Assembly (NCBI GenBank): GCA_040954595.2
Contig: CM082587.2
Location: 4,110,093-4,174,092, forward strand
Source: Balanoglossus misakiensis
Lineage: Eukaryota; Animalia; Hemichordata
DNA length: 64,000 bases
Direction of reading: 5' to 3'
The number at the start of each line of letters is the position of its first letter. The stretch's first letter is position 1. This document shows positions 13,601 to 26,400 of the stretch, one piece after another. A program made the position numbers and the translations under genes. A model generated the notes under the pieces. That model was not told the origin of the DNA and did not search any database. It worked only from the letters and a program-made list of their open reading frames with translations.

Positions 13601-14802
13601 TTCCCCAAATGCATTATAGCACACCACAGAATTGTCGACCATCGGCACTTCAGTAGGCCAAAGAGCAAAATACATTTACATACCAAAATGTTTTGGATGT
13701 ACGCCCACAGTCTGAAGAGCCCTTGCTTGTTCCTTGGTCTGCGGAAAGCCTTCCAGCACCCATCCTTTTTTGACACAGTCGAACAGTTTCAGTCTGTTCT
13801 GTATCAGTTCTACCCATAATTCTGTGGGTATTTCCTGTGTGACAAAACATTACAGGCAAAATTGTTTTACCTACCCATCATTTGAATCAGTTTTACAAAG
13901 GATCAAAAATATGAGATGATTTTATTTTTAGAATTGTCTTGGTTGACATACCTCTTTCCTTGCAAGAACTTCTTTTGCTCTTGCAACTACTGGAGACACA
14001 TCATCTTCCAGCAAGTTCTGTGGTGTAATATGGGCACTTCTGAGTTTTTCGCAGACCATCTTTGCGATGGTTCTCTTGCCAGATGCTGGTGGTCCATGAA
14101 TTATGATTGCAGGTACTGTAAAAGAATTTTTGTTTAAACTAGATAATATCCCTTTATTTTTGGTTGACTTTCAAGTTCGTGAAGGGACCGGCTATAAAAG
14201 TAACTATGGAGGTAATGGCAAAGCTTCTGTAACTGGCATTGGCATGGAGGAGGTAGGTGCCAAGCGAGAGATCCTGTGCCTCGTCCAGGTCATGGTACTG
14301 CTGTCAATGCCCTAACTCAACTGTCTAACATGTACATCGTTTGCACCACAGTCGTTTGTGAGTAGAGTACACGTATACGCCGGATAGCCCATATAACACA
14401 GAAAACAGATTTTTGGCGAGGGTGTACTACCCTATCACAAGCGACTGTGGTTTGCCATTTGCACGATAAAGTGTGTTTCTCACCATCATCGTTATCCTTT
14501 TTAAGTTCTCCAATAAGGAAATCCAGTGGGTCGTCTGGTTTGTTGACGATAAGTCTCTCTATCAACCTCTGCAACAAAACAGCAAACCAGTTAAACTAAA
14601 CGTGTGGCACAAAATATAATGCAACTTATTCATTTCTCTCGTTCCCCGTACTCCGAGATGAAGTGTCGGTCGTGACAAGAGCCCATTTCCGTCTAAGCGA
14701 GAAAATGACTTTCCTTACCTTGTACAAGTTGAAAATGTCGTGCCTTTCGGCGTATGTTGTAAATTCTGGAGGAATGCTCAGTGGTTTCTTGGTGGCGTCC
14801 AT
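10608..14802 (-). CDS. AK8: Adenylate kinase 8 (two AK domains), ~10 coding exons
   Basis: Exon 1 (14802-14719) [28 protein letters not shown], then [20 protein letters not shown]-loops GPPASGKRT and GPTGSGKKT; [10 protein letters not shown] and [10 protein letters not shown]; lid motifs KRVDPQTG and [12 protein letters not shown]. Stop TAA 10610-10608. GT-AG boundaries. Confidence 0.93.
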
Positions 14803-14825
14803 TTTGAAATGATGTTTTGAACGAG

Positions 14826-14839
14826 TTGCTACGGAGTCC
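14826..14839. promoter_or_regulatory. Candidate RFX X-box just upstream of the AK8 ATG, with nearby CCAAT boxes
   Basis: GTTGCTACGGAGTC (one strong half-site) 24 bp upstream of ATG. ATTGG at ~14866 and ~14903. A stronger X-box-like GTAGCCATGGTAAC at 15887-15900. AK8 is a motile-cilia gene. Confidence 0.45.
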
Positions 14840-16264
14840 CGATGATATATGTTACGAGGAATATAATTGGTCGAATGTGACCTTGTTGTAAAATGGAAGT
14901 TGATTGGACAACAAGTCGGTGGATGAGTTCATAGGTCAAAGGACACACAGGAGCTTGAGCACAGCGCACCCAGCGGCAGAAACAATAGCTTGAGTCTTGT
15001 GTGTGGACCGTTCGCGTTACTAAATCCTTAGCTTGTTATAAATTAACGATTCTGAAGTGTTGTAGATTTTAGCGGCTGTCAACTCTGTAAGGTGACAGAG
15101 CTGTCAGACGATGCAACAGTGCACATCCTTTAAGTATCTGAACAAATATTTGATTATTAAATTATCCGCGGGTAAACAAAGTTGGCAATCCCCATCGCCT
15201 ACATCAACAAGTGCCTTGCTATGATAGTGACCACGGAATTCATTACAATTTATCTCTAGTAGAGTCAATGCTTTCAGGGTGAGTCAGCCTTCGTTCATAT
15301 AGAGTCCCTGGATATTTTGCATTAAGCAAATAAGCTATACTATCATTTCCTGATGGAAATGTGAGACATGTAGCAGTTTCGCCAATTCGTATGTGTTTTA
15401 CATCAGGTTATCTATAACTACTTTGGAGAGAGAGAGAGACAGACAGAAAGACACTGAGACACGGACAGAGATACCACGGATGGCAAATGCAAGGAGGCCA
15501 CGGCTTGACAGATAAAACGTTAAAATGTAATGCAAATCAAATAGAAATTCGATAAACAGCTGCAGAGAGCAGGCTATGCACTCCGACTCTAAGTCAACAG
15601 ATGTACAACTACAAATGTCAAACGTCAGCATCAGACAATCGGGTTGAAATAACGGTCAGGGGTAGGCGGGGGCATAGATTCGACAGGGATGAGTAAAACG
15701 GGTGGGTGGGTCAGGTGAGTATACTCAGGAGGATGGTAATGATGGTGATGATCACGACAACAACGATTCCGAAGAAGTTGCGAACAACAGGTGTTGTTGC
15801 AACTTCTGACTGTTAATGTTGAACTTTTCCTGGACGCCAATTGGAGAAAATTAACTCAAATATGAAATATGAAATAATAAACGGATGTAGCCATGGTAAC
15901 TAATGGTTAGGCATGCCCTGTGCCATGACATCATTATTCGTGCTGAAAAGGAAAAAAAAACATTTTCTGCAATTTGGTCTCCCTATCATCACTGCTACCA
16001 AATCATAATTATAAGAATGCATTCTCACACAGTAAAATCCCCTTTTAAAGCAGTTGATGACATCATTTCCCCCCAATGATAATAATCAACAGTACAGAAT
16101 TGGCGGTAAACATTTCTGTTTTTTATGGTTGCGCATGCGTAAGTGGGTGCGTTGGTGTGCCTTGTCTGGAGTAATTGGTATTTACAACAGTCCTATCCGG
16201 CAACCCACACAAAAATTGCACTATCTGCGACATCAAAGTGCTCATTGTTCCCACACTGTATGAT

Positions 16265-16501
16265 TCATGAAATATTCTGGTTAAAATTGGTTCGTTGTTT
16301 GTAAAAACAGTCACTCATATCCCACCGCGCGTCTCCGCCGTTATCGAGCTCGCAACACTGCAGGTGAGTAAGATCTAAACATCTTTTACATTTAATAATT
16401 CTACCACCTTTAATATTTCCGCCATGTTTTCCGGCAAAGCATGGGGCACAGACTTCAGTTGCTACCCCCCCCCCTCGGTAAAAAAGACCAGAACACGCCA
16501 A
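16265..16501 (-). pseudogene. Degenerate PHD-finger-like fragment, probably a transposon relic
   Basis: CAPC-x16-CKRC-x4-H-x2-C...W-D-M-S-D-C follows C4HC3 spacing with one Cys lost. No splice context. Flanking frames are broken. Confidence 0.35.
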
Positions 16502-18011
16502 AACTGGACGGATTAATTAGAAATGAAGGATTTTTTCAAGGTACGTTTCCGTTCTGAAGAACTGACTTCAACGAAATTCACGCCCTCGATCCTTAGTGAG
16601 TACCCAACTGAAACAAGCCACGCGGGCGCTCAGCTGCCAGCCATCCCGTCCAAAGTCCAACAAAGAATCAAAGTCATGAAACCAGATAAATACGACTGTC
16701 TTGTACGAATATGCAACAAAGGCTGTACAGCATACGAATATGTTGAACACACCACGACAGGCAGCCTTTTTGGAAAACTTTGCATGTCGGGTGTTAAAAG
16801 TGGTTCAATCTACGACTGGACCAGTAAACGCCTAGCGTCTCTCGAATGGAGGTGGCGTTTACAACACCGTAAAATGTAACTTTACGACCGTGTTCTCGAG
16901 CAAACAAGACTTGTGAATTCCGACCTAGTTCAAATCCCAAATTTGACATATTTCCCTCTACTCAAGTACACACAAAATATTCGAAAAGATTCGAATATAA
17001 CAGCTTGTCGCGGAAAAGAGATTTAAAAACTCTTCTCAGATATGCGTAAAGATATCCAGAAGGTATGTAAGGCTCTATAGCAAATAGTAACTACATGTAT
17101 TTGTAACTCAATGGTTAAATGGTGGACTCCGACTTAAAGCGCGAATTTTGGCGCCAGATATCGGTCTTATCCAATCTGTCCACATCATTGGGCTCAGCAA
17201 CTTGGAGGCAACTCGTTTCTTGATAAACGGCCCTGCTTGACATTCTTTTGAGTCATTGCCAATTTTGACAAATATTTGGTGACAATAAACACCGTGACTT
17301 CGCGGTGCAACGTCCCACGCTTATACATACCAAAGTGATGAACACACCAGTCTGAGAAACAATACCTGTTTGATTTCGTTTGATGTAATCAGCCAAATTG
17401 AGGAATGTATGGGGGAAAACAGATAGCATCAGTTTCGTGCAAGTAAGATGCATTTGCGAGATTTTTCGCAATCAAAACGCGCTAGGTAGGCTAACTCGTT
17501 CAAACAAAGCAGTTGTGAAGTTGTACTTGTAACCTCTGTCAATATACCATTTGGCATTTAGTTCATTTTTGAGCTATAAATAAGGTAATTCAAGGTTGCT
17601 CGGTTACCCCGTGACCCCCAAAAGGCAACCGCCATGGTTGCGCTGCATATGATGTCCTCTGAAAGAACGAGATTTTGTATTATTTTGAGCCTTTTGACGT
17701 TTTCCGTGGACGTCGGGTATTGACTTCAGAAGTGTACAAGCTGCACAGCAACGACGCTGTCACCCGTCATGGCCATTTTGATATTAATAAATTGACTAAA
17801 AGTCAACCTGAAAAGTTAATAATTAACATAGCGGGCTGTATAAAGGCAGCTAATGGTGTCCCACTCGTTTTAATTTCAATGGTTTGCATTCACTGAGTGG
17901 GTATTAGCCAAATGACGTCATCGTCCGAGGATTGGGACGAGTTCTTATTATGAAATGCCTTGTTTTTCGTCTTTCAGCACTGGTATTTGAATCGGTAGTT
18001 CAAGAGTTACG

Positions 18012-19980
18012 ATGGATCTTCGACTCCTTGTTGCATTGTCCGTGGCGATCCTTCTGCCGTTCGTTGCAGCGGTCCCAGGTAAGGTTACGTTGAAACGGTC
18101 GTTCGTATGTGAAAAAAACGCACGCGGACGCTATCAGGTACAGGTCTGACGCTCTCCCCATTGGACCAGATGGCAGACATCGTACTTTGCTCAAATGATG
18201 TGCTAGTAAATAGACTGTAGCTATGCCCCAAGTTGACCCAACGGGTTAAAATGTCTGGTGATGTCCCACTCTTGAAGGTATTTCAACTTCGGGAAGAATA
18301 CACACAATTTCATCGCAAGGCAATGGTCCCTGGTACCCTGCTAAGGATATTACCGAAACGGCCAGACTATTCTTTGCGCTGGCTATCTATTAAACTAGTA
18401 TGATATAAACTTGCTGACCTATGGTGACCCTATATGTTTGAGTTAGTTTCGCACACTCGTTTCACGCAGCCGTGGACTTCGGACCAGGGTACTGACCGCG
18501 ATTGGCCTCCGGGCACATGTATGATCCTGTGACACAAAAGCCAACGGTGGAAGTGTTTAAGATTCTCTTCCATATTATATTTGTCTATTTATTCCCGTCC
18601 TAGATCTAAAGGCAGAGTACTACACCATAACATCCGATGAAGCCCCGGCATACTTTCCCGGGGAGGAAACGACCATCCAACTGGCGCTGACGGTGACGAA
18701 CACCGGCACCGACGGTCTGCACTCCGGAGACGGATCCCCCAAATTCTACGCATGCGCTTACTTCACCGACAGCGTCGAGGAGGAGAGCGCGCACGAGATG
18801 TCCCGGCACTTCAACTTGACCATTCCGGACAACCAGGCCGGGCAGGCATTCCCCGTTTCGCAGAAGGTCAACTTGACCGGGTTGACGGTCACGGTCGGGG
18901 TGGACAAGGAGCACTGCTTCCATTACAGTCACCTCTGCGTCCAAATCATGCCGACGTATTCGCAAGACGATCCCGTGGAAAACAACGATTTCTGTCTGTC
19001 TCTGGGAAATGTGCCACCCGGTAGCGCTGGTCACCTGCATTGCACAGGTAACGAAATGTGTTAGAGGGTAACACTGAAAAGCACGACTTTTGCGCTTTTT
19101 TCGACCAAAAAACGTATAACGTTTGCCCCAAACTCTTGTGAAATATTCATTTTCGAATTTTGCTCCTATTGTTTTTCCACTTTTGTCTTTCAAGTTTCTC
19201 TAAGTAATTTTTACCGAGGTTTCATTTACTTATTTCGGCCCAAAACTATAAGCTTGTGTCTTCAATATTGACGGTGAATAATTAAATTCTACTCCACAGA
19301 TTTGGTAATTAAGGACCTGAAGATGCACCATGCGGAGCATACGAAATTCCAAGCTGGGCAGCCTACCGACATCTCCTTCTCCATAAACGTGCAAAATGTC
19401 GGCGCGTTGGATTTGCCCGCTTCCGAACAGCCCCATTTTGGTTTCGAGCTCTTCTTCGAGGGAGCGGAGGCCATGCAGAGCCTGGGAAGCCCCACCGCGA
19501 ACCGATCGCTGACCACTTCGGCAATGAACGGCAAGGACAACCCGACGTCGGCCAGCAACGTAGTCCACCTCTCCGACGTTCAGCACACGGTGACCATGGA
19601 CGTGGACGACTGCAAGAACTTCGAGGAGTTCTGCGTGCGGTTGGTGCCCAGTCTGGAGGCTAAAAGTTACGAAGACCCGGACGACAACATCTGCGTCTCG
19701 TTCACAGAGACAGGCGCCGGTACCAAAGACTGTAAGTATGCAAACAGTCTGCTCGTCTTGTCCTGAGTATAGTTTATTGGAATCCTGGGACATTTACTGC
19801 CCAATTTTACTTCAAAAGATTTTCCACTTATGTTTGTTTTATCTTTCAACAGGCTCGATCGACACAGTAGTGACGAAGAAGGACCCACAAACAAATACTG
19901 ACACAGAGAGTGGTGGCGCTGTCATGGCGATATCTACAGTGGCTTTTGTTCTCTCCACCATCATGTCAGTCTTATTTTAG
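18012..19980 (+). CDS. Uncharacterised GPI-anchored surface protein with two CARDB/Ig-like Cys-containing domains
   Basis: Exons 18012-18078 (signal peptide MDLRLLVALSVAILLPFVAAVP), 18604-19047, 19300-19731, 19853-19980; all introns phase 1, GT-AG. Each domain starts DL, has V-x-N-x-G, and ends C..CV...D....N..C. C-terminus ESGG-AVMAISTVAFVLSTIMSVLF* is GPI-signal-like. AATAAA at ~20496. Confidence 0.85.
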
Positions 19981-21342
19981 AACTAGACAGCAGAACATTA
20001 ATAGTTTGTACGAAATATAACTTTAGTTAAATTCCTTCCATGGAAGAGTTGTTATGTCACATTGTACACCTTGCCAACAGTTCCGAAAAAAATCAAACTA
20101 TTATAGTAAGTTTAGACCGGATATGTTCTAGAGCATTATTTTTTTCGGCACATCTCTTCAAGTTTTGCCAACAAGACAACCGATCACGTGACCCACGCTT
20201 TCAAAGTACGTGCCCACGTTGTGACGATTTGTCTGACTTATTATGTCATTTTATACTTTAGAGGGTAGGAGTCAAGAAAAGTTTTGAAAACAAATGTGTT
20301 TTTTTTTTATCAAAAGTACTATTGTGTAAGGGTCATAATTAATAATTTGTAAGTGAACATTTGTGCATTCGTTGAAAGACGGACTAGTCGTTGACCGGTT
20401 TCATGTATCACGTGACTTTGCTGTTTTGCATACTTTACTCTCATTGGTGTCCGCCTCTTGAACAGATGTAGCTTTGAAAATGTATAAGTGAAACAAATAA
20501 ATCATTGTTTGAACTCAGTGATGCGTTATGCCAATTTTGCCGGAGGTATAACCGAGATCTTCTGCTTGCAGTTTGCTATCAAGCAATCAACGTGACGTCT
20601 ACAGATCCCTGTGGACTGATTATTGCAGGCTTGGGAAAATGGATCCAACATTTGTTAGAAAAAATAACACTACCATAGGAACACACAGGTGCCTCCCGGT
20701 CGCGAAAACGATGCGATGGTTGCCGTGTACTGCTCCATTGGACCGCAGTATCATATAGTCACGGTCACACTGACCTCTTGCGCGTAGGCTGAATAGAAGT
20801 TTCATTTTAGACCCCTTTTTTAGATTCGAAAGTTGCTTTGTTCTTACAAAATTAAGATACAGTATTTCGCAAGTGGAAATAAACAGTACTAGATTATTAA
20901 ATGTACATCCTGTTGTCTTGTGTTCATCTTTGCAAACTATAAATACCCCCGGTACATACGATTGCGAGCCTATTACAAGCAGAGAACTGAGCCAATATAT
21001 CGATCAAGTCAACTTTTAGAAATACAAAACCGCATTAATGTTTTATGGCGCAGTGGTTATGTGTCTGATTGCAGTGTCGAGTGATGAAAGTGATTGAAGT
21101 TTATTTCATAAGTGAAAACACAAACAATATAGGTCATCTATATAAGTATGATGAGTATAGAAATGCATGGTGTCACGCATCGTACAACTACGTCTACAAA
21201 ATGATTTGTGTATTCCAAATACCGATTTTTCCGAAATTTTGATCATGTAACATTAGTCGCCACCGTTGATGGCGGTGTAAACGACATGTACATGGAAAGA
21301 GTATAGAGTATTTAATATTAATGAGTGGGCGGAGTTTCTTTC

Positions 21343-22554
21343 GGGAATTTCCCAAAGACAAACTGAACAACACGCACACAACAGTCTGTGAATTTGACTC
21401 CATATGAAACACAGCTCCGTTCATTTTGTCACGATTACAAATGTAAAGATTGCTTTATTTTCTGGACGGAACTGTTTGCAACGCGATCTCGGTCCCGAAG
21501 ACGGCGCCGCGTCTTGCTGGATTGAAAGCAGGTACTGTAAACAACTTGAAAAAAAATCGCCATTTTGTTGGTGTAGTATTACCTAGTAGACTAAACGAAC
21601 ATGTTATTGTTTACACACGCTCCTTTGAAAGGACTACCTGGTTTAATTTTTATGCATACTGTCTTTATTTGACACGTTTCAATCATCTTGCTCCTACATA
21701 TACCGCCATGTTTATGAATGCATATTTACTTGGTGTCATTTTCCCAGTGAAAACATCAAGATAGTGCGAATGAATCCGGACCTCTCCAATATCCCGTCGT
21801 TCACTGTTTCATTGTGAGTTTATGCACGTGTGCCTGCTGGGGAAAACCCATTTTGCATGTGGGTAGAAAAAAACAACGACTGTTGCGTCACCGTCACTGT
21901 ACTGCGCATGCTTTATAATAGGTACAAAATGTACTAGTATAATGTTTCTTTACTTTCAGTCGTTTTTATCCTATACTCATCATAATGCCGACCTCCTAAA
22001 TTAAACGTAATGTGTAATCCAGAGCAAGTTTCTTCTAGACAAATGGTGTAAAAATAGAAACTGACGTCGATTGCATCCTGCCAACTATGGCCAATGGTTA
22101 CTCTTCATTCCACATTGTATAAGAATTTGCAGGTGAAAATACATATTTTCGACAAAAGGAATCATAATTAACAGAAGTAAAAGTATCATCACACAATCAT
22201 GTCCCGTTTTCTCTGTTCTTTTTTTGCCCACAGACAAACCATTGGTAAAAAAAAATGCTGAGTCAGCAGATTTCTTCTATTATCGACAAAATTCATGGCT
22301 CTGTATTTCAAAAACAAGCGCGGTGACCCCTATATTTTATCACGGATTTTCATTATACATACACAGGATAATTCAAAATCAACATTCAAAAGAAATGACA
22401 ATACTTTCAATTTTACTGAACGCAATGTGTTCAGAATTTCATAATAAGCCTGGATTTCACATCATGTTCTTCGAAAATGCTCACAACGAACCGGACGTGC
22501 ATTGTCCGAAAGTGAAAGAAAAGTCGTTGATGATAACGTAGTGGGTTTTTCCCC
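21343..22554 (+). promoter_or_regulatory. Cluster of NF-kB-type and IRF-type sites upstream of the STAND gene
   Basis: GGGAATTTCCC 21343-21353; GGGGAAAACCC 21839-21849; GAAAGTGAAAG 22508-22518; GGGTTTTTCCCC 22543-22554. Confidence 0.5.
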
Positions 22555-23476
22555 AAGTTTCAAAACCAGCGTTTCTCACAAGTCAACCGTCCAACGGAAA
22601 ATGCAACAAAGGGCGTGGCTTATCCTAATTACTTTTTTAGACAGACGTGAAACTAATATTTCGCCTAACAAGCTTGACAGATCACATTTTCACTTGAGAA
22701 CTTGTGCTGAACAAACAAACAACAATTACCGGAAACCTCACTATTGAAAGCTAAGGCGTGCACATGTCACCGTATGACAGTTGACCCCTATTAAATATTA
22801 ATGCGCTGGTTTTATTTGCCCCAACTATCGCCGAAATGATCATGTAGTAAAGTTAAATCTACATTTTATTTACATCTGAAGACAAATCTGGAGCAAATTA
22901 AATTGATTTCATGCACCCATACACTTTATACAGTCGATGTATTATGTATATGTATTTTAGGACCGTCGTGTGAGGCGCTTCTTCCTGGTTTTGAGAATGA
23001 TTTAAACATAAAATTATTTTTATGGTGGTGTTTTGAAAAGTAAATAACATTTGAATATGGCAAGTATTTATTTAATGTTAATGAGTAACAAAGGTTGTGT
23101 AAAGTCAAACTGAGATAGGAGAGAAGTAGTCTGAATACACTTTACCGTGCATGTATGCTTGAGTAATTTCGTAAAGGCCTCGGTCCGCGAATTACCTCGG
23201 TGAAACTCGACCTTGATGTGTGACCTATTTACATTACTAATCCGAACTTAAAATGGACTCAGGCTAAGGAACACAAAAAATATGCCCCTCCTCAGGCAGA
23301 TAATCACATTCTATACGGCACTCCATACAATTATTTGTACTAACATAAATGATAACCGGACTTTTCTATTTTTATTACAGTTCTGGTCACACTCGGTGGT
23401 TACCACGAAACATTATATGGATGTGAAGATCGTGTGAATTACCGCCATCATTTCCCGCTGAATAACCTGATGCAAA

Positions 23477-26400
23477 ATGCCTCGACGACACAGGGGAGCC
23501 ACTGCCTCAAAACGTGACCACACCAAGAGCAGGATCGAACAATATCCATATGTTTGCAGGCGGGATGAGCGCGATAAGTTCCAACACGAATTTGATGATC
23601 CTGTAAGGGGTTACCAAATAGCCTTAGTGGTTGGCCTTCCCAGAACTGGGAAGGACAGGTTCGCAATTGAGATCGGCCGCAGTCTTGTTCAGAAACACGA
23701 GAAAAATCCCGAAGAAGATGACTTTCTCCATGCGTATTCGATCAACATGCGACCCAGACAGGGCGAACAGCGCAGCCTTCAAGAAACCATCGCAGAAGAA
23801 CTTAAAGATACTCTAGGCGTGACTGGTGACCTGGAATCATTTTTCAAAGGTTCTAACGATACTCATCTCTTCATTTTGAATAATTGTGAGCATTTTGCAA
23901 AACGACGCCGCATGCAGTCACAATTCATAGACGCACTTATTGATCTGACAGACGAGCACGACAATGTTATGTTTATAGTGACGTCGAGGACAAGATTCAA
24001 GATCGGAAAAGTTCTGGTACTCGAACACGAAATGAGGTCTCTATCACACGAAGATAAAACGTCCCTTCTTGCAAGCATTGCTGGTCATGTAGATCATCTC
24101 GACGACATCATAAGACTGTCTTATCCTCTGCCAGAGTACCTGATACAAGTTGCCAGGTATTTGAAAGAAGATGACTACACCCCGGGTGAAATGGTCGACC
24201 TCCTGGAACGATCAGCGCTTAGCGTCGGCTGTGATGAAAGTTACTCAGATAGGGAACGAATGAACTGCCAGCTGAAAGGAGCCGTGGGGGTCTTGAACGA
24301 ACCACTATCAGAGTTTTTCAGCTCGCTGATTTCTACCTATGATGGTGAGAATGTTTCGCCAGATGTCATTGCAGAGAAGATGGGGATAACCACGGGTGAA
24401 GTGAAGCAGGACTTCCTGATGAAGCTGAGGAGGCAGGGCGTGATGAGCAAAGGTCGGCACGCGTTTTCGCACGCAGATGGTATTCGTGAGCTCGTGAAAG
24501 GCTTGGTTGGAGATACGAAGTTCATGGAGCCTGAAATGAAGAATGACCCGACAACGCACTGGATACTGGGCAGCATTCATAAGGTTTTGTCATCAGCGAT
24601 GGAAGAACCCGAAACTGAGCTGATCAAACACAGCGATGCAGTCAAACGTCTTAATGATACGTTACGGTACGCCACAAGAGCAAGTACAACGGAAGACAAG
24701 CTGAAATCCTACGGGGAAGCCATCACCTGTGCCTCAGAACTACTCAAGCGATGTGTAGGCAACACGGATGAGTGTCAAGAATTCAGTCCGTTAGCGTTGA
24801 AATATGTAGAGCAGAGTCTGAGCAGAGTCAAAGGTGACGAGAAGGCTGGGGTATCTAGGTCCGCACCTTACAAGACACCCGTTCAGGTGGACGACTGCAG
24901 AAGAGAAGAGGACACTAATGCTGGTCCCACATTGGATGCTGCACAGCGTGTCAGAACGCCGCATGCTACTGATAGCAGCAATTTACGTCAAGCGTACTCT
25001 TTCTCGCCACGTGGAGATGGTGTTCCCAGTACATCCAGCGTTGCCAAGGGTCTCCAGTTGCAAACCACGCCATCAACATTACCATCTGGAGATAACGACT
25101 CGGAGGTGCAGGTTTACTACCAAGGAACTAGTGAACAATTACAGTCAGCGCAAACGCAAGCCTGCCATGGGAGCTTGGCGGGAGGTGCCAGTCCAGAACA
25201 CCGCGACAGGGGCGGTCGAATGGGGGCACACCCATCTTATGGTAATGGAGACAACTTCAATGGCATGAATATAGGACTTTTGTCACTGTCAGATTTCTCT
25301 GCAAAACCACTAAGTATGAGCGAAAACAGTCACCAGTCAATCGATCCGAATTCGCGCAATTCTCTGTCATCTTCTGATTACAGTAATGAAGGCGCACCAG
25401 GATTCACCAACTCCATGGAGAGCAGTCACGGAAGACTCTTGCAAAGGGGCGGGGATTTTGTTGAAAAGTCGACAGTTTCTCAGACAGCATTGGTCCAGAA
25501 CAGCACAGTGGGCAATCGTACTACTTTGAAAGAACGTGAGACGTGTTCAGGTTCGCTCGATTCACCAGGTGGCCCCGCTGCCATTTTGAATCACGAGATC
25601 CCGTTGACCAATCAACGACAGTCGCCTCGATCCCCGGGGAGTCAATATGTGGCAAGCCATGGAAGTTATGCCAGAAACGAACTTCCGAAAGCAATGGGCA
25701 CGTCCAATGAGCTTTACAGAAATGACAACGACCAATCCAAGAAGAGTCAAGTACCCTTTGCAAATCCGCAGTATGAGAATCACAACACGCAAGCGCATCT
25801 GCAAAGACATCAACAACAATTCGCAGGTAAACGTTTTGAGTCCTTTTGCTATGGGGTCCACTTTTTGTCAATTAATGTTGAAACAAACACTATTTTGTCT
25901 GACTGATGGCATTTGAATCAATGTGTATATGTCTCTACTGACTTTCTTCAGGCACAAGGCCATATTTTCCACCGGAAGGCTTACAGTATACACCATCGTT
26001 TCGCGCACCAAACGTCCATGAATGCAGTAACGCACAATATATGCAACAATACTCGCATTCTGGGCCGGGAGGTCAACAAGCTGGACCACGGGGTTTCCCA
26101 CATGGAACACAGTCTTATATGCCCAATTGGCCAGATCAACGACCACTGGGTAAGTTCGTCAGATTTACTTCAGATGGCACTTATTCTCACAAGTGTCAGA
26201 TATGCTGGGACACTTTGGAGAAATACTAGTTGTTGCCATAGACTTCCTTTAGATTGAGACCGGTGTCTATTTTCTTCTTCTTCAGATGGGACCAGAAACT
26301 ATTGCGATGTACCTATGTATCTACTAGTTAACGACGTTTCCAGGTTACATGTGGAGGATTCCCGTAATTGCCCAACCTTAAACAGGCATATCGTTCCCAA

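Noticed and set aside
18400-18490. CCTGGTCCGAAG on the minus strand resembling a Y RNA 5' end
   Set aside because: No complementary 3' stem or Pol III terminator; it lies in an intron of the GPI gene.
25240-25280. NFNGMNIG as a RHIM amyloid motif
   Set aside because: Lacks the (I/V)Q(I/V/L)G core and the following N-x-hydrophobic pattern.
25827-25906. C-terminus of the 809-aa ORF (KRFESF...ILSD)
   Set aside because: Read-through into an intron; the GT donor at 25827 joins three further in-frame exons.
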